A DNA stretch of 64,000 bases from an uncultured Verrucomicrobiae bacterium (lineage in GTDB: Bacteria; Chlamydiota; Chlamydiia; Chlamydiales; Rhabdochlamydiaceae): NCBI GenBank assembly GCA_963806855.1, contig CAWDYW010000001.1:992001-1056000 (forward strand), written 5' to 3'. The translations under genes and the position numbers were made by a program. Positions 8,091-18,289 of this stretch are shown piece after piece. The notes beneath the pieces were generated by a model that saw only the letters and a list, made by a program, of their open reading frames with translations, made no database searches and was not told the DNA's origin. Position 1 is the first letter of the stretch; every line of letters starts with the position of its first letter.

Positions 8091-10151
8091 TTAGCTAAAC
8101 TGATCTTGACGAATTTTATTGCCAACTGAGATGAACTCATCGACTGGCTTGGAGAAAATTGTCTCATTCCCACTGCTGTCGAGTTGGACGATGTTCTTGT
8201 CGCGCAGATAATTGAGAATACCATTTTTCATCTTGAAATCATTGACGACAATCCCGGTGATCAATTCGGGCGCTAGACGCTCTTTGAGCATCACCTCGTT
8301 ATCTCCGCGGAATGAGGCTCTTTCTGTATCGAGAAATTCAAAGATATTGTCCCTCTCTAAATACATGGCTTCCAACCACCAAGCCCAAGTTTTCCGAGTT
8401 CCAAAAGCATCATCGTGATATTGATAGGTTCCATTTTCTAAAGCTTTGGGAGAAATCAAAAAGCGGACATCAGAATGGTACCAAAAGTCATTGTAGCTCT
8501 TATTTTTATCTGTGACGATTTGGGTAAAGACGCTGTCGGCCCCACCGGTAAAATAATCTGCTCCCCAAGAAAGACCCGGCCTGCCCACATGATTATCGCG
8601 CCGCGTTTCTGATGACATCATCCCCATCTTTAAAATTGAAGCGACCCGTTCATAAGTCTCTTGGGCACTGCCAGCCCCCATCAGTCCTGCTGTCAGGCCA
8701 AGCGCGCCCTTTGCCGTAAGCTCATCGGAAAGGCCATCGATCGCAAACCGCATCCGGCCTGGGACAATCTCTCTAAGCTCCATCTTGGGTAAGTACTTTG
8801 CAAAAATCGACTCCATTTCGGGGGAAAGGGTCAGGATCTCTTTTTTAAAGTCTTCTAGAGAAAGAGAAAAGAAGGACTCGGTCCTCTCGAACGGAGTGGC
8901 ATCGCGGGGCTTAAAGATTCTAAAGAGGTGGCCCAGCTTCATTCGCTCGACATCTTCATTTGCCGACTGCCTTAATGCATCTTCAAGATTGAGGAAAGCC
9001 AGCGCTTCGTGGAAATCGTAAAGGTTTTTCCCTTTTTCCATCTGAATCGAGATCTTGTCATAGAGAGTGATACAGTTGGGGTCGGCGCCGATGGTGATTT
9101 TTCCAAGGCCTTCCAGATGGATTTCATATGAGTTAGAATCGGGTAGCCAATCATTAAATTCGATATTGGCTTTGGTGATTTTAAAATTGGTTGCATGCGA
9201 GCCGGAGAGCTTTAAAAGATCTTTGATTTCCTCTTGGGAGTAGCTCGACATGGCGACAAGCGTTTTTTCAAGACGGTCGCGGAAGACGTGGTTAATCTTG
9301 AAGTCGAGAGAGGCCCGATCACCTTGGTCGCGCAAGGTCACATTCATCCCTTTGACCAGCTGCTTTCCATGGCCATGGAGATTTGTCCCAAAATCATAGG
9401 CCTTCCCATTTCCATCTTCTAGGATCACCCCTTCTTTGCCGATGAGCGGATGGTCCCAAAGATGGTCTATCTTCTTCCCATTGAGAATCGCTCTGGCGAG
9501 TTCATCATAGCGTCTAACAAGGTAATTTCTTCGTTTAATGAGCTGAATCTGCGACCCTGCTTGGCCAAGACGTACCATGCCCAAAATTGTTTTGGCAATT
9601 GCCTCAGGGATCCGCCCTTTGAGATACTCTTCCCGAGCTTGATAGAAAGTGACGAAGGCTTGGATTAGCAGCGACGCGAGGACCACCTCGAGCGATCCGG
9701 TCATCATGATCGCCAAATAGAGCCCGCTCGACAGAGCTTGGCAAATCTCTTCGGCCGCCCGTTGGTGCTCCCCCTGAGAAAGAGCTTCTATGATTTGAGC
9801 CAGATTTGATATGATATCGGCTCCTGTTGTGATGTAGAGACCGAGGGTGAAGTGATAGAGGGTGCCGAGAAGGGCCAGGATTGCGAGAGCAACCTGTGTA
9901 ATCTTCACTAGATCGCCATTGATGACTTCCGAGCCATTGCTCACCACACGGACTGAGCCCATCGTAAGAGAAATAGCCAAGCCAAAAGGTTGATAAAGGC
10001 TTAAAAAAGGAAGGGCGATGTGAGCGGCTCTCTTCGCTACATCGGCATAGGTAGAGCTCTCCTCAGTTTGAGGAAGATCCTTTTCGTATTGACGATGATA
10101 ATATGGAGGATCGTAGATTTTATGTTTAAAGTAATCAATTTTATCAAGCAT
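8091..10151 (-). CDS. 686-aa hypothetical: hydrophobic N-terminal domain shared with 26155..27147, C-terminal ART-fold-like domain
   Basis: Long ORF; N-terminal ~210 aa align by eye with the paralogue; C-terminal SILKMGMMS / GGADSVFT / NEVMLK...ITGIVV pattern. Confidence 0.7.
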   Translation of the reverse strand: MLDKIDYFKHKIYDPPYYHRQYEKDLPQTEESSTYADVAKRAAHIALPFLSLYQPFGLAISLTMGSVRVVSNGSEVINGDLVKITQVALAILALLGTLYHFTLGLYITTGADIISNLAQIIEALSQGEHQRAAEEICQALSSGLYLAIMMTGSLEVVLASLLIQAFVTFYQAREEYLKGRIPEAIAKTILGMVRLGQAGSQIQLIKRRNYLVRRYDELARAILNGKKIDHLWDHPLIGKEGVILEDGNGKAYDFGTNLHGHGKQLVKGMNVTLRDQGDRASLDFKINHVFRDRLEKTLVAMSSYSQEEIKDLLKLSGSHATNFKITKANIEFNDWLPDSNSYEIHLEGLGKITIGADPNCITLYDKISIQMEKGKNLYDFHEALAFLNLEDALRQSANEDVERMKLGHLFRIFKPRDATPFERTESFFSLSLEDFKKEILTLSPEMESIFAKYLPKMELREIVPGRMRFAIDGLSDELTAKGALGLTAGLMGAGSAQETYERVASILKMGMMSSETRRDNHVGRPGLSWGADYFTGGADSVFTQIVTDKNKSYNDFWYHSDVRFLISPKALENGTYQYHDDAFGTRKTWAWWLEAMYLERDNIFEFLDTERASFRGDNEVMLKERLAPELITGIVVNDFKMKNGILNYLRDKNIVQLDSSGNETIFSKPVDEFISVGNKIRQDQFS

Positions 10152-10186
10152 GTTACTATTTTAACAAATTTGGAATTAATATAATT

Positions 10187-10639
10187 ATGAAAAGAATAAT
10201 TGCTATACTAACAATTTTTTATTGTGGTGTGATGAGTGCGCAGGCGCCCTATCAGTGCATGCTGAAAGAGCTCTGGGACAAAGTTTCGATAGAAAAAGAG
10301 ATTGCGACAGAGCAGGGATTTCTCAGTCAGGACATCAAGACATTTTTTGAAGATGCCCCCGAGCGAGCGTTAATTTTCTTTTTTCCAAAAGGGTGTGGTT
10401 TCGATCGGCTCGTCTGCGATGAAGAACAATTCATCGATCTAGAAGAATTTTTTGAACTCGCAGAGAGCTATGGCTATAGCGTTCCTTACTGCAATTCACA
10501 AAGGCACCTGGTTTCCTTTGAAAGTAGAGAGGAAATGGCGGAATTTGTCTGCGATGTATTTGGCTCAGAGCTGATAGAGGAGGAGGTTCCACTCTTTTTC
10601 CCAAGCAGACTGATCATCGCGGAATTATCGAAAAATTAA
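10187..10639 (+). CDS. Hypothetical exported protein
   Basis: Signal-peptide-like MKRIIAILTIFYCGVMSA; acidic 150-aa ORF filling the gap. Confidence 0.65.
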   Translation: MKRIIAILTIFYCGVMSAQAPYQCMLKELWDKVSIEKEIATEQGFLSQDIKTFFEDAPERALIFFFPKGCGFDRLVCDEEQFIDLEEFFELAESYGYSVPYCNSQRHLVSFESREEMAEFVCDVFGSELIEEEVPLFFPSRLIIAELSKN

Positions 10640-11556
10640 AGCCAGCCTTTGCGCCGGAAGACCCAAAAGCCAAAGACGGTTAGGGTGATGGTCCCCCCGA
10701 TGACGATTCCGAAGGCATAGTGGTGAGCGCCAAAGGGGAGATTGACGTTCATCCCGTAGATACTGGCGATCATCGTCGGGATACTGAGGATAATCGTCAG
10801 CGAGGTGAGCAATTTGATCGTCTTGTGCAGATTATTAGTGAAAATGATTTGGTAGGAGTCACGCAAGGAGCGGATCGATTTGATCACGTTGCCGCAGAGC
10901 TCTTCTGATTGCTGGATCGAAATGATGCAGTCTTCAAGCAATGCATGCTCTTTTTCCTGCAGGCTGGCGTAGAGGCCGCTTTTCACCCCACGCAGCGCTG
11001 TCCGGGTTGTCGCTAAGGTCGAAAGATATTGATTGAGGATCTCTTCGTTCTTGGTCATGGCAGTGATATCGTCGCTCTCGACGCTGATCATCTCCTTCTC
11101 GGCAGAGAGAACATTGTAACGGACTTTGCGGATTTGTCCTGTGAACTCCTGGCTAATTTTTTGCAGGATATAGATGAGGAGCTTGGTGCTCGAGATTGTC
11201 GAATATTTATTCTTTTGGGCGATAAAATCCTTGATCAGTAGAGAACGGTGGGGGCAGACGGAGATTAAATATTCCTCGGTCAGAATGAGCGTTAAGGTGG
11301 CGGTATAGAGCCCCACCTCTTGATCGGTTGGATATCGGGTAAAGATCAGGAGATTGTTCTCGATCTGCTCGACACGAGGGATCTCATACTTGTCGAGGCA
11401 GTCGAGAAGATCGGCATAGGGAATCTTAGTCAGGCGGGAGATCTCTTCAAGATCAGAGGTTGTCGCTTCATCGACATGGACTAAGCAGCCGGGGCAAACT
11501 TCGGCCAATTCTTCGACATCGGTCTCTTTCGACTTCTTGTAAAAAATCTTAAGCAT
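10636..11556 (-). CDS. corA: CorA-family Mg2+/Co2+ transporter
   Basis: PTMIASIYGMNV signature, two C-terminal TMs, RKGWL end. Confidence 0.92.
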   Translation of the reverse strand: MLKIFYKKSKETDVEELAEVCPGCLVHVDEATTSDLEEISRLTKIPYADLLDCLDKYEIPRVEQIENNLLIFTRYPTDQEVGLYTATLTLILTEEYLISVCPHRSLLIKDFIAQKNKYSTISSTKLLIYILQKISQEFTGQIRKVRYNVLSAEKEMISVESDDITAMTKNEEILNQYLSTLATTRTALRGVKSGLYASLQEKEHALLEDCIISIQQSEELCGNVIKSIRSLRDSYQIIFTNNLHKTIKLLTSLTIILSIPTMIASIYGMNVNLPFGAHHYAFGIVIGGTITLTVFGFWVFRRKGWL

Positions 11557-11592
11557 GTACCATCCCCCCCTTACTGGAGATATGGCAAAAAA

Positions 11593-12636
11593 TTATTTTA
11601 AATTCAAGGATTCTAATAGGGAGAGCTTTGCTTCTAATGCGTCGATCCTTTTGGCGTACTCATCGATCTTTCTTAAGTGGACTTGAACCTTATTGTGATC
11701 TGGGAGAGGGATGACTGGGCTTCCGGCATACTTACCGCTCTTAGTGAGCGACTTACCGACACCACTGCGGGTGGCGATCATCGTGAAAGGGGCGATTTCA
11801 ACATGTCCGAGGATGCCTACCTGGCCACCCATCATCACATTTCGCCCTGTCTTGGTAGAGCCTGCGATGCCGGTTTGGGCGGCGAGGATGTTATGTTCCC
11901 CAAGTTCAACATTATGGGCGATTTGGACGAGGTTATCGATTTTAGTCCCTTTCGCGATCCGGGTCGTCTTGAAGCGGGCCCTATCTATGGTCGTGTTGGC
12001 CCCGATTTCGACATCATCTTCTATGATCACGTTGCCGATCTGGTTGAGCTTCATGTGCTCCCCCTTTTCGTTGGTGCTATAGCCAAAACCGCACGAGCCG
12101 ATGACAGCTCCAGGCTGCAGAATAACCCGTTTACCCAGCCAGCAGTATTCGCGGATCACGCTATGGGCATGGAGCAGACACTCTTCGCCAACGTGAACAA
12201 GCCCTCCAACGTAGACAAAGGGGCCGATGAGGGTACCCGCCTTGATCTCGGCGCCCGCATCGATCACGGCATAGGGGCCGATCGACACATTTGCGCCTAT
12301 TTTGGCATCGGGATGGATTACCGCAGTAGGGTGGATCCCAGTAAAGCCGGTTGGTTTTCGCTCTCCATAGAGAAGTTCTGCGATTTTCTGAAAAGCGAGG
12401 GAGGGGTTAGTGGAAATGAGGTAATTTTTTCCTGGAAGCAGCTCGGCAGCGACATCGATGCAGATGACTCCAGCACTACTTTTTTTCAGGAGAGGGGTAT
12501 AGAGGGGATTGGAGAGGAAGGAGGCATCACTCTCAGTAGCCGATTCTAAGTCGGCCACTGAGGTGATGAGGGTTTCAGGATCTCCCTGGAGTTTAGATCC
12601 AGTGATTTCAGCAAGTTTCCAGAGAGGCCAGCTCAT
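11593..12636 (-). CDS. lpxD: UDP-3-O-acyl-glucosamine N-acyltransferase
   Basis: Hexapeptide repeats, GFGY, IGANTTIDR, KIDNLVQIAHNV. Confidence 0.95.
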   Translation of the reverse strand: MSWPLWKLAEITGSKLQGDPETLITSVADLESATESDASFLSNPLYTPLLKKSSAGVICIDVAAELLPGKNYLISTNPSLAFQKIAELLYGERKPTGFTGIHPTAVIHPDAKIGANVSIGPYAVIDAGAEIKAGTLIGPFVYVGGLVHVGEECLLHAHSVIREYCWLGKRVILQPGAVIGSCGFGYSTNEKGEHMKLNQIGNVIIEDDVEIGANTTIDRARFKTTRIAKGTKIDNLVQIAHNVELGEHNILAAQTGIAGSTKTGRNVMMGGQVGILGHVEIAPFTMIATRSGVGKSLTKSGKYAGSPVIPLPDHNKVQVHLRKIDEYAKRIDALEAKLSLLESLNLK

Positions 12637-13208
12637 TTTTTAACAGGTGCATTTTGCTGCTGCTGCGGTTGGTTATTGGCAACTTTTTTTGCCTCATAAG
12701 CTTTGTCCATTTCAGCAATCACCGAATCGGTCACATCGAGTGTTGGGGTGAAAAAGAAACATGCTTCTTTGTTGATGACCATGGTGAGTTTTTTGTTTTT
12801 TGCCACTTTTTCGGAAGCCTCTTGAATATCGGCGCCCAGTGCCTGGACGATTTTCATATTGGCTTGCTGCAGCACTTGGTAATATTGATTTTGGTAACGA
12901 TTCATCTCTTCGCTGAGCTGCTGATATTTGATTTTCATCTCTTCTTCAGCTTCTGGAGAAAGACCATCCATGTATTCAGAATCGTTGAATTTGGATGCGA
13001 TTTCGCTGAGTTGTTTCTCAGTATCTTCTAAGAGGGAAGTCATCTGAATCTTTAGCGATTCAAATGATGCCTGCTCTTGCTTACCGAGTTTAGATTCGGT
13101 CATGCAATTGGCAAAATTAACGACAGCGACAGTTTTAAGGTCGTTGGCGTATCCTCCAGCACAAAGTCCGACGACGGCTAAGGCTGCAAAAATTGATTTA
13201 CGAATCAT
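12633..13208 (-). CDS. skp: Skp/OmpH periplasmic chaperone
   Basis: Signal peptide, coiled coil, DVTDSVI tail; between bamA and lpxD. Confidence 0.9.
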   Translation of the reverse strand: MIRKSIFAALAVVGLCAGGYANDLKTVAVVNFANCMTESKLGKQEQASFESLKIQMTSLLEDTEKQLSEIASKFNDSEYMDGLSPEAEEEMKIKYQQLSEEMNRYQNQYYQVLQQANMKIVQALGADIQEASEKVAKNKKLTMVINKEACFFFTPTLDVTDSVIAEMDKAYEAKKVANNQPQQQQNAPVKK

Positions 13209-13230
13209 GTAGTCTCCTTAATTGAGTAAT

Positions 13231-15663
13231 TTAAAATTGTCCGCCCATTGAGAAGAAGAAATGCCGTTTGGTCTTCAGCTGGGCATTAATCGGGATACCA
13301 TATCCTAGAGTGATCGGCATTTTCCCCATCAGTTCGATGTTGACTCCAAATCCATAGCTCATCCGGTAGGTGCCTAGATCGAGTCTTTGATTTGAAACAC
13401 TACCTGCATCCATGAAAACAAAAGCATCTAAGATAGGCAGAATCTCTTGAATATAGTCAATTGATAGGAAAGATGAACTGATACCCCCAGTAGGATCATA
13501 ATAGGCTTTTTCCTGTTCTTCTTTGACTTCATGGTTAGGTTTTTCAATGAGCTGCTCCTTTACAAAGCGTGGGCCTAAAATGAAGTCTCTATAACCGCGG
13601 ACCGAAGAGACACCACCCAAGAAGAAACGTTCAGACATTGGGATATCATCAAAATGGCTGGTTTGGCCGAAGGGGAATATAAAGCGGAAATCGGCGCGGT
13701 AGCGCATATAGCCCCGTTTCCACAGCGGCATGAAATAGGCATTGGTATAGGCAGCGCTTAGAAAATTAACATTGCCGCCTGCCCCTACGATTTCTCCTTG
13801 TAAGGTTGAGCGATAACCACGATGGGGTTTCATCGCGCTGTTGGTTGAGTCGAAGGTTAAGTTAGCCCCGACTCCAGAAAGGATACCCTTTTGATGGGCC
13901 TCATCGAGATTTTTTTTGTTCGCTGGATCATTGGCAATCCTTCCAGCCACTCTATCGCTATAATTGCGGATTCGGTACCTAAAACCGTAAGCCAAATAAG
14001 GGGAGAGGGGATAAGAGACAAAGGCCCCTAGGTTGTATGTATTAAAAGTGTAGTCTTCAGAGACCAGTTTATTGTGCACAGTGGCGACAAACTCGAATCC
14101 AAGACGCCAGAGAGTATCATTAAAATAGGGGTTCATCCAAGAGGCCATATAGCTCTGCTCTTTTGCTCCCCAGCTCGAGCGGAGATGGAGATACTCCCCG
14201 CCGCCTCGCAAAGCGCCTGGGCCGTCGCTGACGAGTCTGCCAATCCCTCGATAGTTAAAATTGCGTTCGGTCAGATCGAGACCGCCATAAATGCTATCGG
14301 CGGAGCTGAATCCTCCAAAGAGGGCGACGTTACCGGTTTGGGTCTCTTCCACTTCGATGTAGATGTCCCGGTAGTTATCCCCGAGAGAAAGGTCATCTTG
14401 GGTGCGGACTGCATAGACGTTCACCGACTTGAAGTAGCCGATGTTTTCCAATCGCATTTGGGTCACTTTTAGCTTCAGCGAATCGAATGTTTCGCCCGGA
14501 ACTAAGAGAGATTCGCGCAGGATGACGCGCGCTTCGGTGCGGCAGTTGCCGATCACTCGAATCATGCCGATCCGATATTCGCGCCCTTCATCGACAATAA
14601 AGTGGACGTTGAATGTGGGCTCATCTTGGACAAGCTGGGTCTCATAGGTGACGTTGGTATCGATGTAGCCTTTGCGTCCATAGAGCTCTTTGATCGCTTC
14701 AGCGGTTTTGCGCAATTTATCGGGTGAATAGAGCCCTTCAGGCCGAGCATAGAATACTTTTTCGACATCTTCGTCGTTGAGGAGGATATTGCCGTTAAAG
14801 CTCACTTCACCAAAATGGTAGAGGATCCCTTTATCGGCAGAGATGTCGATGACCACTTTTCCTTCTGAAGGAGATTCGAGAATCTGAATTTGGACTTGGG
14901 CATCTGCATAGCCTTCATCTTGTAAATAGTTGAAGATAGTGAGGCGGTCTTGTTCAAGAGCCTCTTCCATGAACTTCCCTTTCCCAGTGATCCAGCTGGT
15001 CAATAGGCTGTATTTTTTGGTGTACAGCTTATCGATAATATCGCTCTCTTCTTTGCTGGTAAAGCCGTGGAAGACGATATCTTCAACTTTTCCTGAACGG
15101 CCTTCCGAAACGGTGATGACAACCTCTACTTCCCTTGTTTTCACATTGGGAATCAGCTGATAGGAGAGTTGCGATTCAAAGTAACCTTTCTTGATGTAAT
15201 ATTCTTTGACCTTATTGAACGATTTATTGAAGTCGGTCCGGTTAAAGATGGTCCCAGGTTTGACGTCGAGTTCTTTGTTAAGGGTTTTGGTTTTGATGTA
15301 CTGATTCCCTACCCACTTGATTTGAGAGATCAACGGACGGAGCCAGACTTTGAGTGTGATGTCAATTTTTCCATCTTTGATCGTCATTTGCGGCTCAACA
15401 CGGTCATATTCACCAGCGAGCTGTTTCAGATCCTGATCGAAGATATATTGAGAAAAGCGATCGCCCTCACGTGTCGAGAGTTTGGCTAGAACGGTCTGCT
15501 TATCAAAAGAGGAATCTTCTGGCAAGTTTTCGACCTTTACTTCGATTTTTCCTACAACACGATTGTCATAGGCTTGAATCGAAGAACGTTCTGACTCATC
15601 GGCGCCACCAATTGTCGCACCCGAGAGTACTAGGGAAAGAGCTAAAAAAAGTTTCGTGTTCAT
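13231..15663 (-). CDS. bamA: Outer-membrane protein assembly factor BamA
   Basis: POTRA repeats, ERFFLGGVSSVRGY motif, terminal Phe. Confidence 0.95.
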   Translation of the reverse strand: MNTKLFLALSLVLSGATIGGADESERSSIQAYDNRVVGKIEVKVENLPEDSSFDKQTVLAKLSTREGDRFSQYIFDQDLKQLAGEYDRVEPQMTIKDGKIDITLKVWLRPLISQIKWVGNQYIKTKTLNKELDVKPGTIFNRTDFNKSFNKVKEYYIKKGYFESQLSYQLIPNVKTREVEVVITVSEGRSGKVEDIVFHGFTSKEESDIIDKLYTKKYSLLTSWITGKGKFMEEALEQDRLTIFNYLQDEGYADAQVQIQILESPSEGKVVIDISADKGILYHFGEVSFNGNILLNDEDVEKVFYARPEGLYSPDKLRKTAEAIKELYGRKGYIDTNVTYETQLVQDEPTFNVHFIVDEGREYRIGMIRVIGNCRTEARVILRESLLVPGETFDSLKLKVTQMRLENIGYFKSVNVYAVRTQDDLSLGDNYRDIYIEVEETQTGNVALFGGFSSADSIYGGLDLTERNFNYRGIGRLVSDGPGALRGGGEYLHLRSSWGAKEQSYMASWMNPYFNDTLWRLGFEFVATVHNKLVSEDYTFNTYNLGAFVSYPLSPYLAYGFRYRIRNYSDRVAGRIANDPANKKNLDEAHQKGILSGVGANLTFDSTNSAMKPHRGYRSTLQGEIVGAGGNVNFLSAAYTNAYFMPLWKRGYMRYRADFRFIFPFGQTSHFDDIPMSERFFLGGVSSVRGYRDFILGPRFVKEQLIEKPNHEVKEEQEKAYYDPTGGISSSFLSIDYIQEILPILDAFVFMDAGSVSNQRLDLGTYRMSYGFGVNIELMGKMPITLGYGIPINAQLKTKRHFFFSMGGQF

Positions 15664-15707
15664 ATTTAGAAATCCAGATTATAGGGATTGGCAAAATATC
15701 CTCAAAG

Positions 15708-16307
15708 TTAAAAATGTTGTCTCCCAGTGAAAGCCTTTTCCAAAGTGCCGTAATCGACAAAGTCGAGCGAGCTACCCATCGGCAGGCCGAAGGCGAGGCG
15801 AGTTGCCTTTATTCCCAGTTTGTCGAGCTTCTGTTTGAGGAAAAGGGCGGTGGCATCTCCTTCCAATGTCGAATCAAACGCAATGATCACCTCTTGGATA
15901 GGATGCTCCTTTAGCCGCTTCTCCAGTTTTCCCAAATCCAGCCTTTCGACAGAGCGCCCTTCGAGAGGTGAGAGGAGTGCGCCGATCACATGGTAAACCC
16001 CTTTAAAGACCTTGGTCTCTTCGATCGCATAGACATCGCGCGGGGAGGAGACGAGGCAGAGAATCGATCCATCGCGCTGCTGCACGTCGCAAAAAGAGCA
16101 TTTCGCACTATCCATTAAACACCCGCAGGTCGCGCAAGGATAAACTTTTTCTTTGACCGTCTCGAGTTGCTTAGCAAATTTTTTAATCTCTTCGTCTGGC
16201 CAGTCAAGTAGGTAGAAGGCGAATCGCTCAGCGGTCTTTCGCCCTACGCCAGGCAGTTTCTTTAGGTGGGAAATTAAAGTTAAAAGTTCACTTGGATAAC
16301 GGCTCAT
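15708..16307 (-). CDS. recR: Recombination mediator RecR
   Basis: LPGVGRKTAER, C4 zinc finger, Toprim STLEGDAT; start taken at MSRYP. Confidence 0.93.
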   Translation of the reverse strand: MSRYPSELLTLISHLKKLPGVGRKTAERFAFYLLDWPDEEIKKFAKQLETVKEKVYPCATCGCLMDSAKCSFCDVQQRDGSILCLVSSPRDVYAIEETKVFKGVYHVIGALLSPLEGRSVERLDLGKLEKRLKEHPIQEVIIAFDSTLEGDATALFLKQKLDKLGIKATRLAFGLPMGSSLDFVDYGTLEKAFTGRQHF

Positions 16308-16404
16308 AGTGATAAGTATGTCCGATCGGCCATTTTTGCGCTTCAAATATAAGAAAGATTAGGATATAATGGATGTTATATAATATTTTTTTAGTGCGAA
16401 ACAG

Positions 16405-17385
16405 ATGAAACAAGCGAAAATCATAGCTACAGGTTCCTACGTCCCCGAAAGGGTGCTCTCAAACGGAGATCTCGAAAAATTAGTCGAGACTACCGATGAG
16501 TGGATCTTTACCCGGACAGGTATCAGGGAACGACGGATCGCAGCAAGCGATGAGGCCACTTCCGATATGGGAGTTAAGGCAGCGCAAAAAGCGATCGAAA
16601 AGGCTAAAATCGATCCTAAAAAAATCGATTTGGTGCTCGTCGCGACCTTGAGCCCTGATTATGCATTTCCCAGCACTGCCAGTATCATCCAGTCGAAATT
16701 GAATTTAGAAGCTGCTGCGATGGACCTGCAAGCTGCTTGTTCTGGATTTATCTATGTCCTCTCTACTGCAAAAGCCTATGTGGAATCTGGCCTTTATCAG
16801 AATGTATTAGTTGTCGCCTCAGAAAAACTCTCGTCGATCGTCGATTATCAAGATCGGAGCACCTGTATCCTTTTTGGAGATGGAGCTGCTGCCTGTATCG
16901 TGTCCGGCCAGGGTAAAGGGCTCCGCATTCGGGATGTCGTTCTTGGCTCCGATGGCTGTCAAGCCAATCTTTTGATTCAACCCGGTGGCGGATCGCGCCT
17001 ACCTGCTAGCAAAGAATCGGTCGAGGCGCGCATGCATTTTATTAAGATGGAAGGCAAAGAGGTCTTTAAACATGCGGTGCGTCGAATGGAAGCCTCAGCT
17101 AAAGAGTGTATCGAAAGAGCGGGACTGAAGGAAAGCGATATTAGCTGGCTGGTCCCTCACCAGGCCAACATCCGGATCATTGAGGCGATCGCCAAGCGAT
17201 TCCAGGTTCCTCAAGATCGGGTTTTCATCACCATCAATAAATATGGAAACACCTCATCTTCATCGATTGGGATCGCCCTCGATGAATTACTACAGCAAGA
17301 CATTCTAAAGCCAGGAGAGCATCTCCTCTTAACTGCCTTTGGAGCAGGTGTAGCATGGGGTGCAACGGTGCTCACATATGAATAA
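16405..17385 (+). CDS. fabH: 3-oxoacyl-ACP synthase III
   Basis: AACSGF, PHQANIRI, GNTSSSS catalytic motifs. Confidence 0.95.
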   Translation: MKQAKIIATGSYVPERVLSNGDLEKLVETTDEWIFTRTGIRERRIAASDEATSDMGVKAAQKAIEKAKIDPKKIDLVLVATLSPDYAFPSTASIIQSKLNLEAAAMDLQAACSGFIYVLSTAKAYVESGLYQNVLVVASEKLSSIVDYQDRSTCILFGDGAAACIVSGQGKGLRIRDVVLGSDGCQANLLIQPGGGSRLPASKESVEARMHFIKMEGKEVFKHAVRRMEASAKECIERAGLKESDISWLVPHQANIRIIEAIAKRFQVPQDRVFITINKYGNTSSSSIGIALDELLQQDILKPGEHLLLTAFGAGVAWGATVLTYE

Positions 17386-18289
17386 GAGAATAGCCTTTAT
17401 TTTTCCCGGTCAAGGGGCCCAATACCCTGGAATGGGGCGCGATTTTTATGAGCAGTTTGAAGCGGCTAGAGCTCTCTTCGATGAGGCAGATGCGATTTTG
17501 GGCAGACCCTTTTCAAAATTGATTTTCGATGGTCCTGCCGAAGAGTTAACCCAGACCAAAAATAGCCAGCTTGCCATTTTCATTACCAGCGTCGCCATCT
17601 TCCGCGTCCTCGATCTAAAACCTGCGGTCTGTTCTGGTTTGAGCTTAGGTGAGTACTCGGCCCTCGTCGCCGCTGGAAAGCTCTCCTTTAAAGAAGCGCT
17701 GCTGCTCGTTGAGGCTAGAGGGCGGTTGATGCAAGAGGCTTGCGAGAGATCCCCTGGGACGATGGTCGTAGTCCTCGGTTTAGAGCCAGCCCTTATTCAA
17801 GAGGTCATCGCTCCTATCGGCAATGTATGGATCGCCAATTTGAATTGTCCAGGACAAGTGGTCATCGCCGGGACCAAAGAGTCGATTGAAAACGCAAGCG
17901 AATTATTAAAAGAGAAAGGGGCCCGCCGGGTGCTTCCTCTCGAAGTATCGGGGGCATTCCACAGCGGTTTAATGCGCTCAGCTCAAGAGGGCTTGAAGCC
18001 TTATATCGATCAGTTAAACCTCGCTCAGACCGATGTGGAAATCGTGATGAATGTTCCAGGTGATTATGTCTCTTCGCAGGATGAGATCCGAAAAAATATG
18101 GTCGAGCAGGTGACTAGCCCCGTTCATTGGCAAAAGGGGATCGAAGCGCAGGTGAAACGTGGGATCGATCTCTTTATCGAAATCGGCCCAGGCAAGACGC
18201 TTGCGGGGATGAACAAGCGGATCGGGATTTCGGTCGAGACGCAAAGTGTAGAAAAAGTAGAGGATTTACAACATGCACCAGTTGCTTAA
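17378..18289 (+). CDS. fabD: Malonyl-CoA:ACP transacylase
   Basis: FPGQGAQ, GLSLGEY, VSGAFHS. Confidence 0.95.
   Translation: MNKRIAFIFPGQGAQYPGMGRDFYEQFEAARALFDEADAILGRPFSKLIFDGPAEELTQTKNSQLAIFITSVAIFRVLDLKPAVCSGLSLGEYSALVAAGKLSFKEALLLVEARGRLMQEACERSPGTMVVVLGLEPALIQEVIAPIGNVWIANLNCPGQVVIAGTKESIENASELLKEKGARRVLPLEVSGAFHSGLMRSAQEGLKPYIDQLNLAQTDVEIVMNVPGDYVSSQDEIRKNMVEQVTSPVHWQKGIEAQVKRGIDLFIEIGPGKTLAGMNKRIGISVETQSVEKVEDLQHAPVA

Noticed and set aside
7949..8224. ORFs through palindromes (7949..8224, 24105..24311, 24172..24546, 45236..45478, 45450..45644)
   Set aside because: Translations of repeat DNA (QRAQRTQR, TTEDTE) without SD or domain evidence
11677..12549. Long antisense ORFs over lpxD, pdhC, potA, trxB and others
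   Set aside because: Shadow frames of well-supported genes, with no recognisable motifs
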